Positions 1 through 41,402 of a stretch of DNA of 64,000 nt are shown here, piece after piece. The stretch spans positions 3,348,001 to 3,412,000 of the forward strand of contig CAVNZM010000015.1 in assembly GCA_963693365.1 (NCBI GenBank). Direction: 5' to 3'. A program made the translations under genes and the position numbers. This DNA is from Amoebidium appalachense. Its lineage: Eukaryota; Protista; Ichthyosporea. The notes under the pieces are model-generated. The model was given only the letters and a program-made list of their open reading frames with translations, ran no database searches and was not told the origin of the DNA. Numbering within the stretch: the first letter of the stretch is position 1; every line of letters starts with the position of its first letter.

Positions 1-344
1 TGCGCGTCGGTGTGTGTGTGTGCAAACTTTCGCTATGCCTCATGAGCACATGGCGCACATGCACAGACTCCTTATACATTGCTCATTGCATGTGTGCAGA
101 GGCGTTAAAAAAACCAGGTGTGTTTGCCCGTGTGTGTGCATGTGTGCGTGTTTGTGCGCGTGTTTGTGTGCGCGCATGAGTGCATGCATGTGTTTGTGTT
201 TGTGTTTGTGTGCGCACGTTGTGTGTAGTTGCATGTGTGTGGGCGCGCGAATGTCGATGTGTGTATGTGTGGGTGAGAGTGTGCGTGCGCGTGTGCGCGC
301 ATGTGCGTCCGTGTGCGCACACGTGTGTGTATAAGTGTGTGTGT

Positions 345-375
<31 letters not shown>

Positions 376-430
376 CATGTGCATGTGTGTGTGTGTGTGT
401 GTGCAAGTGTGAGTGCAAGTGCACACCCAC

Positions 431-26926
<26,496 letters not shown>

Positions 26927-27740
26927 TCTCTCTCATTTAGCATGACGTGCGTACCAAACTGTTACGCCAGTTCCATCACACTAGCTATCGTGACTGAAGA
27001 GATAGTATATGCTTCATACAGCTACCGTCACAAACGTAAAAACACCCTAAAGAACTTCGAAAGGAATCATATACGTAGCCTTTCAAGAACCAAGGCTATG
27101 CCATTGCGATAACTCTGTTCCTGTGGTAAGCCACAACCACAAACAGGCACTAAAGAGACAGAAATCGAAAACCTTTGCGAAACGGGCAAACTTTAGTGCT
27201 ATGTTGTAAGAATGTGAGCTAATTGGTAATGCATAAACGCTAGCATCACTTCAATTTCAGTCATATATGAATTCTCCTTCAGCTCTCCAAAATTTTTAGC
27301 GTGACTCTTACAAAAAGCTGGAAGGCCTTTGTGTACCAGACATTATGGTGTGGCTCAGCGGCTCACATTCAGGTATCCAGGGCTGTGCATTTTTGTGGAC
27401 TTTTTTTTCATAAAATGATTGGTTTGGTACTCCAATATACCCCGATATGGGTATAACATCATCGTTTAGATTGGTTGCAACGTTGACGCAAACAATTTGT
27501 TTGCGCAACCACCTCCCGCCGGCGCAGGCGCTGGAGACCCGGCACACGTGCGCGCACCCGGCGCACGCAAGTGTGTAGACAAGCACGTATTGTAGGCTAT
27601 TCACTTTGCGCTCTGCAGGCGCTGATGGCTGACGCCAGTAGCCGACGATCTAGGTCTAGATCACTTGGGCCAATCAGATACTATCCAGAATATCCACACT
27701 GTCCACGGTACTGCAGATCTTGTAGATCCGGTATACAGGC

Positions 27741-27781
<41 letters not shown>

Positions 27782-27954
27782 GCTATATCTCCACATACGA
27801 TGTCTATCTGATACGTTATATCTCCACATAAAAATCTGTATGATGTAAGTGTAACATCGATTTGTACATGTATATCTTGTTGGGTGGAAGTACTGTTGGC
27901 CTTGGTGCCGACATCTCATCACAGCTCACCTACATGTCGTTAATAAACAGCACA

Positions 27955-27989
<35 letters not shown>

Positions 27990-29464
27990 AGACACTACTG
28001 TATACCTAACGGTCTGAAATGAGTAACCTGCTCGGCGCTGTAGGTACACGGCTGTCAGTGACTGGCCCATATGCACTAGAACTATGCCTGCAGGCTCACG
28101 CCCATGTAAATGTATCATCAAATTTATGGCATTCTGCATGCAGCTATCTATCATCGCTTCTTAGACATGGTTCAGTTTTTATTATGAAGCCAGTGAAATA
28201 TATATCTGTGATAAATGAATTTCAGGAAAAGAGATGAAATTGTGAGAAAGTATCCGGCATGTTGATGAACGGTCCCACTTGGCAATGTGTGCGCCTGGTT
28301 GTATGTACATGTAATGTCACGGCCACGCGGCTCCGAGGAGTTCATCATGTACATGTTGGCCGTGGAAACTACGGCCTGTCCCATGCACGTTTATGTTTAT
28401 GTTGTGCTCACGCACTGTATTTGTTTTGTATGTACGTGAAACTGGCTCATGTTTGATTCAAGAGGCTCGGTGGAACACGTCCAACTCTAAACTTCAAAAC
28501 CTGCTCACGTTCGATAAGTCTTGCGTGAGCCTGCCCGTAATATTCAGGAAAACTGTGAATCCTTGTGTTCGTTTTTCACACGAACCGTTAGAGGGTTTGG
28601 GATACCGAAATGATACACATCCCTTGAAATTGATGCAAAAGTTTAGGAGGCTGCTCACGTACTTTGTTAGGTCTGACTGGTGCCGCTTCTTGGCGAGGCG
28701 TTCTATAGAATCTGAATCTGATGTGTTTATGCATACAGACACTTGCTTCTGTTTGACTGGCGTGTGACTGTTTTGCGGGGGGGGGGGGAAGTAGATGTTC
28801 GGCCTCGGTCCGATATGATATCTAGAGGAAATCGATGGCCGTAAAAGCGCCTGTCGTAATACGGCTATGAATTGTTAACCTTAATGTGCATGCATGAGCT
28901 GCATGCATGGGCCCATTATTTTGTGGGGAGAATCCGCAGCCGTGTCCGGACGGAATTTTGTTTCTACAACTGCTTTGGTTTGTGTTGGCTTCTCTTTCTA
29001 GAACTACCGTGAAATGTTTCTTCTTTTTATTTTCAACATCAACCTAGATCCATGTGTTCGTTTCTCTTGAAGAAAACTGGGCTACCCAATAGCTTCGACC
29101 TTCTGTGAAGGTTCGGCACGGTGCAGTTGATGCTCGTTTTGAGTTTTTGTGGTTCTCCAAATTCAAAAGATGCGGATTGGTCGGATCGCTATTCATTGCC
29201 TTTTTATGATTGGTTAGATACGCACCAGACTGTTCAAATAGATCTATTTGGGCTCTTATGATTGGTGGGATATATTTCACGGAAACGATTGGCCAGAACG
29301 ACACCAACACATATTCAGCCCGGCAGTAAGTATAAAAGACTTTCAATTGAGCAAATACAACCAACAACACACCTTGTGTTGCTTGAAGCGCCTTTGATTT
29401 CTCTCTGACGCGGCGAACCAGGACGCATTTCAAGTTTTTTTTCTGGGTGAAAAACGCAAAAAAA

Positions 29465-31665
29465 ATGGCACCAATCGCCATTACCCGCGCATTTCTCCTG
29501 GTCGCCCTGGCAGCCTCGGCCCAGGCATGGCCATCGTTTGAAATCAACTGTGATAAATGGCACATTCCCCAGTGGATGCGCTCCAAGCTGCCGTGCAAGA
29601 AAGTAGATGACGGAACAAACAACGGAGAGACCGCGGTACCCCAGGGGTACACAAACTGGGCGGATGACTACTACCCGCAGATCCCGCTCACATATGAGAC
29701 GACGTGGGAGAGGCTGTCTAAGTTCCCCAGCCCGGACAAATCCCCGTTCCGCTACGGCGTGCCTTTCCCCTCGTGTGACAAGTAGGTTTTCATACAAATG
29801 GACATATAAATACTATGTGACCCTGATTATTGCCATTTTTTTTTTGCTCATTCCCCATTCGTTTTGCAAGCTGTTACGTGGGAACATACGAACACAAGAC
29901 CTAGCTAGCTCGGCTGCAAAATTCGAACTGACGTGTCTCCGTTTTGTTATCGCAGGTACACTGCCCGTGAGGTGTTCAACGACCCGAAGGTGTTCAAGAA
30001 CGACACCACCACGTACCTGCCCACCGTGTATCTTCTCTCCTTCACGGCCTACTCCGCCGCCCACATGCAGGAGCCAGAGACGGACCAATGGCTGCGCTGC
30101 ATGGGCATCAGGGACATAGTCAACATCCACACCAAGGGTGATAACAGGGCCACTGTCATGCGCTCAGATCAGGCCGTCATGATTTTGCTCCCTGGTAGGC
30201 CCCTTAAAAAACATCTTGTATATTAAGTATCCAGAAAGGATATGCTTTTTTGATATTCAGGGGCTTTTTCATGATGTTGTTGGGATAATAGCAAGATTGT
30301 GGGTTTACTTTACGGGATATTTCGGTAACGGGTCATTTCAAGGTAGCCAGGGGCCATTTTCGGAATTTTTTGTCAAGGGCAAAAATGGTATCCCCCCCCT
30401 CTCCCCCCCACCCCCACCCCCCCTTGCCCACGGGGCCCTTGCCTGCACATCCCTGCCCTTGCTCCCGTTTTCCCTCAACCTGGCTTTCCGTTCCATGATT
30501 TGATCTTCGGCCCTGTGTGTTTTAATTTGCTTAAACATTCCTTCCACCTCGTGCACTCTCTCTCAGGATAGTGTTTTTGAGCTTAAAAGGGGGTATCAAG
30601 TAGATTTTTTCATCTGCTTTCTCCTTTCCATTCTGGGGTTTCATGTTCTTTTTCTGCTAAAAGCTTCATTGGAAACCCGACTAATTCTTAAATAACCAAT
30701 AGATATTCGAATTCCCCCTCACCAGGAACGGACGGTGTGCAGCAATGGATGTCCAACGTTAAGACCTGGAGCACCAACACTCTGTATTATGGCCCCGGCT
30801 ACCCGGACGAGAAGAACCCCAGCAAGGTCAACCAGGTACATAGTCGTAGCGGCATCTCTTCCCCCCCCTACCCTCCTCCCTCACCACCAAACAGAAGGAA
30901 AAAAAAAGAAGAAAAACCACATGACCTTCAGTTCCCCGCGTGCCTACCCCGACGAGACAAAATTCCGCTTCATCTGTTTAGTCACCCCCCCCCCCCCCCC
31001 TCCCCCATCCCCCCTCTCAACGCCCCAACACTCACACAACCTTCCCCCCCCCCCCCCCCCCCAATCCGCTGCCCCACTCCCCCCGTTCCCCGCCCCCTTC
31101 CGGCCCTCTCCCCGCCCGCACACACACCCACAGGTGAAAGTACACAAGGGTTTCCACGGGGGCGTGATGGACCTCGTTTCCAACGGTGGTCTTCTGGATG
31201 CCACCGACAAGATGTGTTCTGCAATCGGTGCCTCTGCCGGCCAGTGCCCAGTTTACATTGTCGGCCACAGCCGCGGTGGTGCTTTGGCTGTGTTGATGGC
31301 GGCACATGCGCGGAAGATTGGCTTCAACGTGCAGGTATGCAATTATGCCCCTCCCCCCCCCTCTCCCTATCCCCTCCCCCCGCCCCCCCCCCCCCCCCCC
31401 CCCCCCCGCCTCCCTCCCTCTGAGGCTCCCTCCCCCCCCCTTCCCCCCCCCCCCTTCCCCCCCCCCCGCCCCCCTCCCCCGCCTTCTCTACCCCAAGCAC
31501 CCTCCCTGCCACCACCACCACCACTATTGTGCTCGCTCTTTCTAGCGCTTCTTTTGTCCCTCAGTCCAAAAACAAGTAGAAAATATTGTTCCTTTCTTCT
31601 TGTCAGAGCACAAAATTCTCCTTAAGTAATTGAAGCCCCTTCTACCATTCCCCCCCCCCCCCCCC

Positions 31666-31701
<36 letters not shown>

Positions 31702-31906
31702 AACTCCCAGTGCAGACACAGACATCCACACACACACACACACAAAACAGGAGAACTGAATGATCCCATATGCTGACAACCATATGTCCCCTCCCCCCCC
31801 CCCCCCCCCCCCCCCCCCCCGCCTCCCTCTACATCCCTCCTTCCCCCCCCTGCCCCCCCCCCCCCCCCCCGCTCCCTCCCCCCTGTCTCCCCGGTCCCCA
31901 CCTCCC

Positions 31907-31937
<31 letters not shown>

Positions 31938-32280
31938 ACCCAAAACACACAAACGCAACAGGGTGTGTATCCGATTGGTGGTCCTCGTGTTGGTGACAAG
32001 ACCTTTGCCCGCCGCTACCAAGACATGGGCCTTGTAAATCGCACGATGCGCATGATCTACAAATCGGACGTCGTAATCGGCACCGTGTCGAACCCCCCTT
32101 CACGCACGTTGGACCCCAGAACTCGATTTTCGTTGTCGAGAACTGCCGCTACGAAGCACCGAACGCCGCCGCCAACGGAAATTCGCTCCTGAACAAAAAT
32201 GACGATCGCAGTTTGGCCGATCTTGCCGATGGGCTCCGTGACCACTACAGCTGGCTCATCCCCCGTGCCCTCTGGGAGAG
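29465..32280 (+). CDS. Secreted class 3 lipase (alpha/beta hydrolase), at least 5 exons; frameshift in C-run at ~32093-32098; final exon unresolved
   Basis: Exons 29465-29781, 29956-30194, 30726-30835, 31134-31334, 31962-~32280. Signal peptide MAPIAITRAFLLVALAASAQA; PGTDGVQQWMSNV; VKVHKGF; nucleophile elbow IVGHSRGGALA; GGPRVGDKTFA; KSDVV. After the frameshift: PFTHVG...LRDHYSW (candidate catalytic His). Confidence 0.88.
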
Positions 32281-32689
32281 GTGCCCCAACACGTTTTTCC
32301 CCAAGGGCGTGCTCCCTCCCCCCCCATTCCCTGATGGTGCTTTTGGCCTGCCTCGCCTGTAAAAACAGGTGAAAGATCGTTTTTGATGTATAATATATAG
32401 TATAATTCATTTAGCACACTTGCTAGAAGATTTTTGTTTTTTGAAAGTTTAAAGTTTCCTTTTAAAACAAATCTTTCTCTGTATAACTAACCTTTGTAAA
32501 AGCACCACTATCTATTAGTGCTGCACACGTGCCTTTTAGTTGTATACAAACGGGAACTGCTGGTCAGCTCTCATCAACTAAAAACACTGCCAGGGTACAT
32601 ACAAAAAGTTTATAATTTACGCGGAAAATTACATCCACATAAAGTTGCGCCAGAAAAATCGCCAACGTGCTTGAGCCAGCAACGTAGAC

Positions 32690-32726
<37 letters not shown>

Positions 32727-33659
32727 CCCCCCCCCCCCCCCCCTCTCCCTCGCCCTGCCTTCCCTCCCCACCTTCCTCCCTTCCCCTGTCCCCTCATCCC
32801 CCTCTTTACCCCCGGGCCATAAAATATAAGCACCCTTCCCCAACCCTCTCTCTTTCGAGGCTCGCTTTGATGGACTCTCTCTTACACTGTCCCGTTCTCT
32901 CTCCCCCGCCTAGCCACCTCCCCCCCTCCCCCAGTCACCTCATAAATAAAGAACGAAGCAACGAAGCAGAAAGTTTGGTCTCTCTCTTACACTTACTCAT
33001 TCTCTTCCCCCCCGCCCAGTTCCCTCCCATACCTACCCCCGATACCCCCTCCCCTTCATTCACCTTAAATAATAAGAACGAAAGAAACAACCAACACAGG
33101 AAAGAAAAGAAAAGAATGAAGAAATAAGAGGAAACATAGAACCAAATTACACCACACAAAACATGTGGCATTCACATTAATCGTCTCCAGCAACACACAT
33201 AGTACCCAAACGGGCTACTTTGTTTCAGTTCCTCATTCCTGCGTGTTTTAAGTGCACCTTTTACCTGCCCCCCCCCCCCCCCCCCCCCTCCCCAGTTCCC
33301 TCTCTCCCCCCTCCCCCCTCCCCCCTCCCCCCACACGCACACATGCACGCGCACACGACACACATATACATAATCATAACAAGAGAAAGTGAACAATTGC
33401 TGAGAAAACGATCACTTTAACACCCGGGCCCCACTGGCAGGATCCCCCCAGGGGGGAGGAAAGAATCAGGGGCAGGTCAGGAGGGCAGAGGGGGAAGGGG
33501 AGGGGGGAGGGGGGGAAAGGGGTGGAGGGAGAGAGGGGGGGGGGGGGGGGGAGTGGGGGGGGAGATGGCTGGAGGAACACAGAGACGGAGTACTCGGGTG
33601 ATGCATATCTGACGGTAAGCCTCGATGTACAGTTGCGGGGTTGGGTGGGTGGTGGTGAA

Positions 33660-33698
<39 letters not shown>

Positions 33699-34094
33699 GG
33701 AGACGGTTAACGTGTGATGCATACGTGACTCTAAGTTTGGAGGGGTGGTGGGGGTGGATGTGTGTGTGGGTGGGGGGGGGGGGGGGGGGGGGGGGGGGTA
33801 AGGGATGTGTGTTAGTAAAGGGTAAGGGAACTGCGAAGAGGACCCCAGTATAACGTTTTGAGTGTTCCAGCCTGGTATTTTGTTTTGAATAGAGAATATC
33901 TTTACTAAATTAGGATCTTTAGGATATTCTGGCACGTTGCTGCCAAGTATAAACACCTTCTAAAGCAGTATGAGATAATACATAAAAGTATTCGGATACG
34001 TTTTATAGGTAGTATCGATGGTACGAGATACATGTGTAAATGCTTACAAAGCCTGCTGCAGCTAATGCTGCTAGTAGTAAATTAAATACCTCAG

Positions 34095-34259
34095 AGCTCA
34101 GAGAACAAAATTTCGGGTGATCACTACAAGTAACCCCATCAATCTCCTGTAAAATCACTAACAACGCATTACATCTGAGCTCACAGAACAAAATTTCGGG
34201 TGATCACTACAAGTAACCCCATCAATTTCCTGTAAAATCACTAACAACGCATTACATCT
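34095..34259. repeat. Tandem duplication, two ~82-bp units, just downstream of the beta-helix gene
   Basis: gagctca.agaacaaaatttcgggtgatcactacaagtaaccccatcaat.tcctgtaaaatcactaacaacgcattacatct x2. Confidence 0.92.
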
Positions 34260-34317
34260 AAGAAACTACATCGATAAACCCCCTGAATTTCAGAGTTACG
34301 GAGTGGCAAGGGGGGTT

Positions 34318-36698
34318 TTAAGCAGCAGTTGCATTTTCCGTTGGTAGGTTTTCCGTTGGAACCTCAATGAAGCTCTCACTGGTTGATACGGGTGCGGCGG
34401 TGAAACTTTCACTAGTGGGTGCGGGTGCAGCCGTAGTGAAATTCTGCCCCGGGACAGGGACCCCCCCGGGGGGGCTCGAAACCACCTTTCCTGTGCTCGT
34501 AAATGTAGCGGTTCTATTTAGCCACATATTCAGAGCACTGAAGTACCCCCCGCCCATAATTGCGATCAACCTCCCGTTGGCGGCCGTATTATTGAACATA
34601 GTGGTTTGGTTGGAAATTGTCAGAGTTCCCCTCGGGTGAAGGGGGTTGTTGCTCGACCAAGAATCCCACACGGCGCTCAAATTTGCGACGTTTCCGATGA
34701 ATTCTGCGTTAATTACTGCTTTTCCGGTTAGGATGTTGTTTGCAATAGCGGCGCCGCGGCCCACGGGACATTGGTTGTAACGGAAAGAACCGTAAATTTC
34801 AGCCGTCCCTTCGATTCTTTCAAGCCATACAGCCCCACCGCGCGCCTTCCAACCAAACTCGCGCGCTTCGTTCGATTCGAACGTTGAATCCAAGATGGCT
34901 TTCGCGCCCTCTGCGATGCGGGCGATATGAAGGGCACCTCCGGCAGACGCCATGTTGTTTGAAAAGGTGCACGAGGAAACGGTGAGAGTAGAAGGGGAGT
35001 AAATAGTATCTGCAAAAAAGGCAGCACCGAGACTGTGCTTGAACCAGAATTTGTTTCCATCAAAACGCGTGTTGGTGACGCGCACGTCACCCATAATCTC
35101 CTTGATCCACACTGCGCCACCACCACCAAACATGTAAATCTGTTCGGTCCCATTCATGAAATCATGCACGACGTTCCCCTCAAAGCTACTGTGGTCGATT
35201 GTGAGCCCGGCCGTGCGACCAACGAAAATCGCCGATCCGCCGCGTGCGTAAGTTTCGAAATTTGTGAACGAGCAATCGTAAACGTTCAGGTTGACGGTAG
35301 TGGAAGAATACGTGGGGGCCCCGCCCGTCCCCAGATCGGGTGTACGAAAAGCGGTACAATCTCCGGTTCCCGATCGGGAAAACGCGATCCGACGAAGCGT
35401 GACGGTTTGGGAGTCGCCCGTGGCACGGAGCATACCGCCCCATGAGTTATTGAAACCGCACAAGAGTTGTGTGCGCGATTCGGAGTTGGGGTTTCCTTGA
35501 ATCGTAAGACTTTTTGAAAAGGCAATTTCCCTGGGAAGCACCATCCCATCCTTGAACACGGTGACAACGCCGCCGTCAGGTGCGCTGTTGATCGCCGTTG
35601 CTAGATCGTTGTAGCAGGCCTGAGGGGAACGAAAAGATGAGAAACCTAATTATCGGCAAATGGTATCATCAACCCCCCCTCCCCTCCCCCCCCCCCCCCC
35701 CCCCCCTCCCCCCCCTACACCCCAACAAAGAGGTTTATTAGTGTTCACCTAACCTTCACCACGATTTTCTCTTCCTCCAATGATTTATTTTGATGTGATT
35801 TTTTCTCCTTGTTCTGGATTTTGGATGTGAGCTCAACAAGTAGAGGGGAGATGTGTAGGAGAACAGAAGGGGGGGGAGGGGGGGGGGGAGAGAGAGAGAG
35901 AGAGGGGGGGGGGAGGGGGGGCTGTGAGTGTTGGGGTGTGCGTGTTGTGATTGTGTGAGGTGTGTGGAGGGGAGAAGAAGGGAGGGGGGAGAAGGGGGGG
36001 GGGGGGGGGCTGTGAGAGTGGTGTTTGGGTGTGGGTGTGTGAGGTGTGTGGAGGGGAAGGGGGGGGGGGTGGGGGGAGGGGAGGAGGGGGCGGGGAAGGG
36101 GGGAGTTGCTGGGGGAAGTAGGAATGGCTCTTTTTAATTTTCAGGAAAGGAAATCGTGAGGGTTGGCTGGAGGGCTGTGCTTGTCTTGTGCAACAACATT
36201 GAAGTGCGCAGGTGCATAGAGAGGTTGGTAGTGGCGGGGGGAGGGGAAGGGAGACTCCTGAGGATGAGGGAGGGGAATGAAAGGGCGGGTACATACGCTT
36301 CCAACACCCACGACAGGGCAAGTGGGGGTTTTCTCCAAGTAGCACTCCCCATTGGAGAGTGAAGCCCCCCCCATACATTCTGTGCACTGCGGCCATCCAT
36401 TTGAGCAAGTCTGTTGGGCGCAGTGAGGTAGGGTATCGCACTCCACAAAGCGTGTCGGCTCGGGGAATGTAAATAGATGTCATGAGTGGGGTTGGAGTTG
36501 AAATGGTGCTGGTGGGGGGGACGTCAGAAGTGGAAAGGAGGAGGTCTTGTGAGCCCGTGGGTATGGGTGCGATTGTCGTCTGCTCGGCTGCGGAATTCGA
36601 AGGGGAGTTCTTGGTTGCCATAACAACAGCCTGTTGGAGGATTTGTTTGTGTGTTAGGGTGATATGGGCGAGTCTTTTGTACACTTTTATCTCTTGGT

Positions 36699-36786
<88 letters not shown>

Positions 36787-37039
36787 CGCGCGCGCGCCCG
36801 TGTGTGCGTGTGTGCGTGTGTGTGTGCGTGCGTGTGCATGTCTGTGCTTCACGTGTGGCAACAAATGGCAAAAAACTACTAAGATAACATGCCAAGGTAC
36901 TTACAGCTGCAACACCACCCGCCACCGCCGCGGCCACCACACCCACTGCGGTGATGATTTTGCACCGACGGCTGCCTAGGCCGGCCTGGGGTTTGGCCGG
37001 GCCGTTCACTGCTAGAGCCTCGGCACTCGCCATAATCAT
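34318..37039 (-). CDS. Type II membrane/surface protein: N-terminal TM anchor, Ser/Thr/Pro stalk, Cys-rich module, right-handed parallel beta-helix (pectin-lyase-like / Pmp-type GGA-FxxN repeats)
   Basis: Exons 37039-36905, 36630-~36297 (1-nt frameshift near 36472), 35619-34318. TM: IITAVGVVAAAVAGGVAAAVVMA. Cys-rich: CDTLPHCAQQTCSNGWPQCTECMGGASLSNGECY. Helix cap: CYNDLATAINSAPDGGVVTV. Repeats: GGSAIF, FEGN, GGGAVW, FDGN, FSNNMASAGGAL, FESN, RGGAVW, FRYN, GAAI, FIGN. Confidence 0.85.
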
Positions 37040-38381
37040 GGAGTGCACACGCGGATTTCGCCTACTGCTTTCTATGAGCAAATGTGTTTACTATGAAAAA
37101 GACAAAACCCTGATGGAAAAGTACGGGAAAATAGAGATAATGACGCTCTAGCGAATTGTCTCGCCTGTGCTATGCTGGTGTGGTTGTGGTGTAATCTGGC
37201 GTGGGTGTTTTCTTTTATAGCTTGCTGGCTCAGTATGCCCCTTCTCCGTGGTGGGGCTCTGTGACCACGCATGTAGATCAGTGATGGAACGAGAAAAAGC
37301 ATTTTTAAGACGATGTGATTGGTTACAAGAAAATCAATCAGATTTATCGCGTTTTTGATTGGCTAATACTTTCGATATTAGCCAATGACTACCAGGGCAG
37401 GATATCTGGAATAGATCATGAAATGAATCATGATCATCAAAACATTGTGCCCGGGCGCAGCGCCGCCGCCCTGGCGCGCGGTCTTTCAAGCTCTCTCGCC
37501 AGGCACCGAACTATACGAGAAGGCCAAATTTGCACCTTCGGGCTAGCTAAAAATAGTATGCCAGCGTGGAAAAGAGCCTTTGTCAGATAATAGATATCCT
37601 CTTGACATCGTGTCAGCGGCTTTTAGGGAGGCTGCAGGCAGAACGCAAATCGGAAGCCTACCGTAGATAAGGCCAGGTCGTGCGCTATGTTGATGCATAT
37701 GGAGTCGCTGCACCATACATGTTTGCAATGCCCTGTGCACTACGTTTTTTTGTTTTCATTCCAAGTCTTTTACCCATTTCCCCTCTTTTTTTTTTTTTTT
37801 TTTTTTTTCATTTTTTTTTTTCTTTCTTTAACGCTTCTTTTATCGCTGCAATGGTTTGGTGTAGGCTAGCTAGGTCTTCTTTTCTCCTTGCAGTGGGGTG
37901 ATGTACTCATTGAAGGCGCGACCGGAGGGCGCGGCTGTACAGGCTAGTCCCACATAAATATAGCTTTTACCCATGGCCAGGATGTCGAAATTTCACCCCC
38001 AAAGATAGCAGGTGGTCGCAAAGTGCAAATAATTAGTTTCTAATATTCTTCTGAGGATATATGTACTGGCTAAACCGATGAAACTTTGAAATAGAGCTCT
38101 ATCCCCCCCCCCCCCCCCCCCCCCCCCCCGTCCCCGGCCTCCCCCACTCCTGTCCCTTCCCCCCCTCCCCCACTCCCCTGCCGCAAAAATGCTCCCTTTC
38201 TCACTATTCAATGCAAGGTCGCCTGGTAACGCTAACAAGCGGCCTCCCTCCCTCCCTCCCCCCCCTCCCCCTCCCCACACGCACACACACCGAGTCCCCC
38301 CCCCCCCCCCCCCCTCTCCCCCCGTGCTCCTCCCCCCCCTTCCCGGCTCCCCTCCGGACTTACACACGCCTTGCGTGTTTG

Positions 38382-38467
<86 letters not shown>

Positions 38468-38485
38468 GCGCACGGTGTGCGTGTG

Positions 38486-38586
<101 letters not shown>

Positions 38587-39248
38587 CGGTGTGCAACGGT
38601 GTGTTCCGAAACTATGTGCATGTAGTACCGAAGGTGCGCTAGCTATTTTCTGCCCGTGTTGGCATTGCCCCACTGTGCACACATGCGCAAACCCGCGTGT
38701 GTGAAATCTTTGACATGGGTGCATGTGTGTGTCTGTGTGTATGTTTGTGTGTTTAGTGTTGGCGATGCATGTGCATGCCTCACCGAGAGATCATGTAGAG
38801 AGGGAGGGGGTAGGAGGGAGAAAGGGAGAATTTTCGCGGGGAAGGAGGAAGGAAAGGGGATATTGAAGAGAGCATGTGAGGGGAGGGAAGCCCGGGAAGT
38901 GTGGGGGACTAGTAAAAAAAAGAGAAAGTGAGAAAGCGTGTGTGTTTGTGTGTGCATTTGTGCATGGCCTGGGGGTATCCAGTGTGTCCGTAAGTGTGTA
39001 TGTTTGCCTCAGTGTGTGAGTGTGTGTGTGTGCCAGTGTGAAACAGCATGTGTGTGTTCGTGCTTTTGTGCTCTAAATTTCTTGCGCTAGTAGGTACATA
39101 TGTGTCTGTCTGTCGATCCATGCCATCCACGTGTGCGTGTGTGGTACATGTGGTACATGATACATCTGTATTCTCATGGGATGTACGAAAAGGTGTCCCT
39201 GTGTGTGCGTGTAAAGGTGTCCCTGTCTGTGTGCGTGTGTAAAGCTGT

Positions 39249-39304
<56 letters not shown>

Positions 39305-39613
39305 TGTGTGTATGTGTGCGCGCGTGCGTGTGTTTGTACACGTCACGTTGTGTGTGTGTGCGTGTCGCATGTGCGTGGCACTGTGTGTGTGCCAGCTGTC
39401 TGTGCCTGTGTGCTTGTGTGTGTGTGTTTGTCTATGTGTGTGTGTGTGTTTGCATGTGTGTGTGCGTGTGTATACAGACAGCTAAGTGTGTGTGTCCACT
39501 GTGTTTTTTTAAGTGTCTGATTGTGTTTGTGTGTGAATATGTGTGGGTGTACATGTGCGCGTGCGTTTGTGTGTGTAATACGTATACACGTGGAGTATCA
39601 TCTGTGCCAGGGT

Positions 39614-39717
<104 letters not shown>

Positions 39718-40835
39718 CACAATGACGGTGTGTGTGTTTGCTACGGTGAATGTGTTCTTGCTGACGCCCAACGTGCACGGGTGAATGCTCGTTGTGGCAT
39801 TGGTTTTGATTTTCGTTCGGCAGTGGGCACCATGAAAGTGCCCGTGTTTGCGGTCGGAATGAGGTTGATAGAGGGCCTGACGGAACTTCAATTCAAATCG
39901 GGCGGAGAGACTGCGTTTGGGGCGAGCTCGAGGGAAGGGAGGAGGTCCGGAGAGGAGGGGGAGGGGGGGGGGGGGCTACATTGTCAAGAATCGATGTACG
40001 GCACAGGGAGAGACATCCCCGGGCGCGGCGTGCATGTGAAAGGCTGCCATGCCTGGGTCGCGAGCCGGAGGGAAGCGGGAGAAAGAGAAGTTGTGACCGA
40101 CACGCAGAAACTTTGGCACGGTGTTTCAACGTTGTGTGGGCGGCACATGTACAGTGGCCCGGGCCTGCAGTTGGCTGTGGGGCCGGGGTTGCCGGGTACT
40201 AGGCAGCAGTGCGGATATATGTCAGCTATCCCGCCCTTTCAGGGTTTGATTAAACGTGAGTTGTTCACTGATGGTAACAAAACATCAGGCGCTTACAAGC
40301 AAGCGTAGCATGGTGCACACTTTGATTCTTCAAGAGTTTTTCGCCGCTTTATTGACCGAATTGTGAAAACATGGCTGAGATTTAGGTATACATACCGTAC
40401 GGAATGACTGCTATTGTAATAAGCTGTACAATAAGGTAATTTATTGGGCCGCTGTTTATGCATTACGCAAAGATGATTATGGCTTGGCGGTGTAATCGGT
40501 TTCTGGTGTCTCCTGCTCGTATGTGTAATATGTGTGGGGGGCGGTTTACTCGCGGCTGCATATCTATCAATAAATGCAACCTGTTAGCTAATGTATTAGA
40601 ACCGGAGGTTATTGGCGGTTTTATTCTCTTTTCTTCATCTCTTCCTCAATATATCCGTTTTAAGATGACTATCCTAGATCACCTTATTAATGCTGCACAG
40701 TATGATATTGTGATCCGGTGCCTTAACTTTCTGTCGGAGCTACCGATGCTAGCATCTGCTTACCCATAATATGTAATAGGGGTGTCAGATCCTACGATGG
40801 CGCTCATTGTTGCCTAGCATGTACATATGTCACTG

Positions 40836-41265
40836 GCTGCATTTGATTGGCTGTGCTGGAAAACGCAGTAGGCCGTCGAATGTGGCTGGGCCTCCGGCAA
40901 TGTCCACGCAATAAAAAGTGTGTAAACCCCTTTATGCATTCCAACAGATAAATAAATTTCAATTGAGCCGCCTTTTTCGTCTTATCACTTCGACAGATAA
41001 CAAATTTGGATCGTTGTATGACTTTGCTCAGGACTTACCGGTTTACATCCTAAAGACGTTACATGCAATTGGGGGGTTTACGCTGTTTACTCGAGGCAAA
41101 GAGAACTGGTCTCAGGTATGGGGGGGGGTTTTGCTCGGAATATCCCCTCAGCGGTATATCATGATCACGTACATAGATGTCGGGTGGTGACTATATATCA
41201 GGGTTTACTTTCTCTACGAGACATCATAAAGACTACAAGGAGAAATCAATTAGTTGGGGTTCCCC

Positions 41266-41319
<54 letters not shown>

Positions 41320-41352
41320 GGGCTCCCCTTGGGACACTCGGTATCAGCTGGT

Positions 41353-41402
<50 letters not shown>

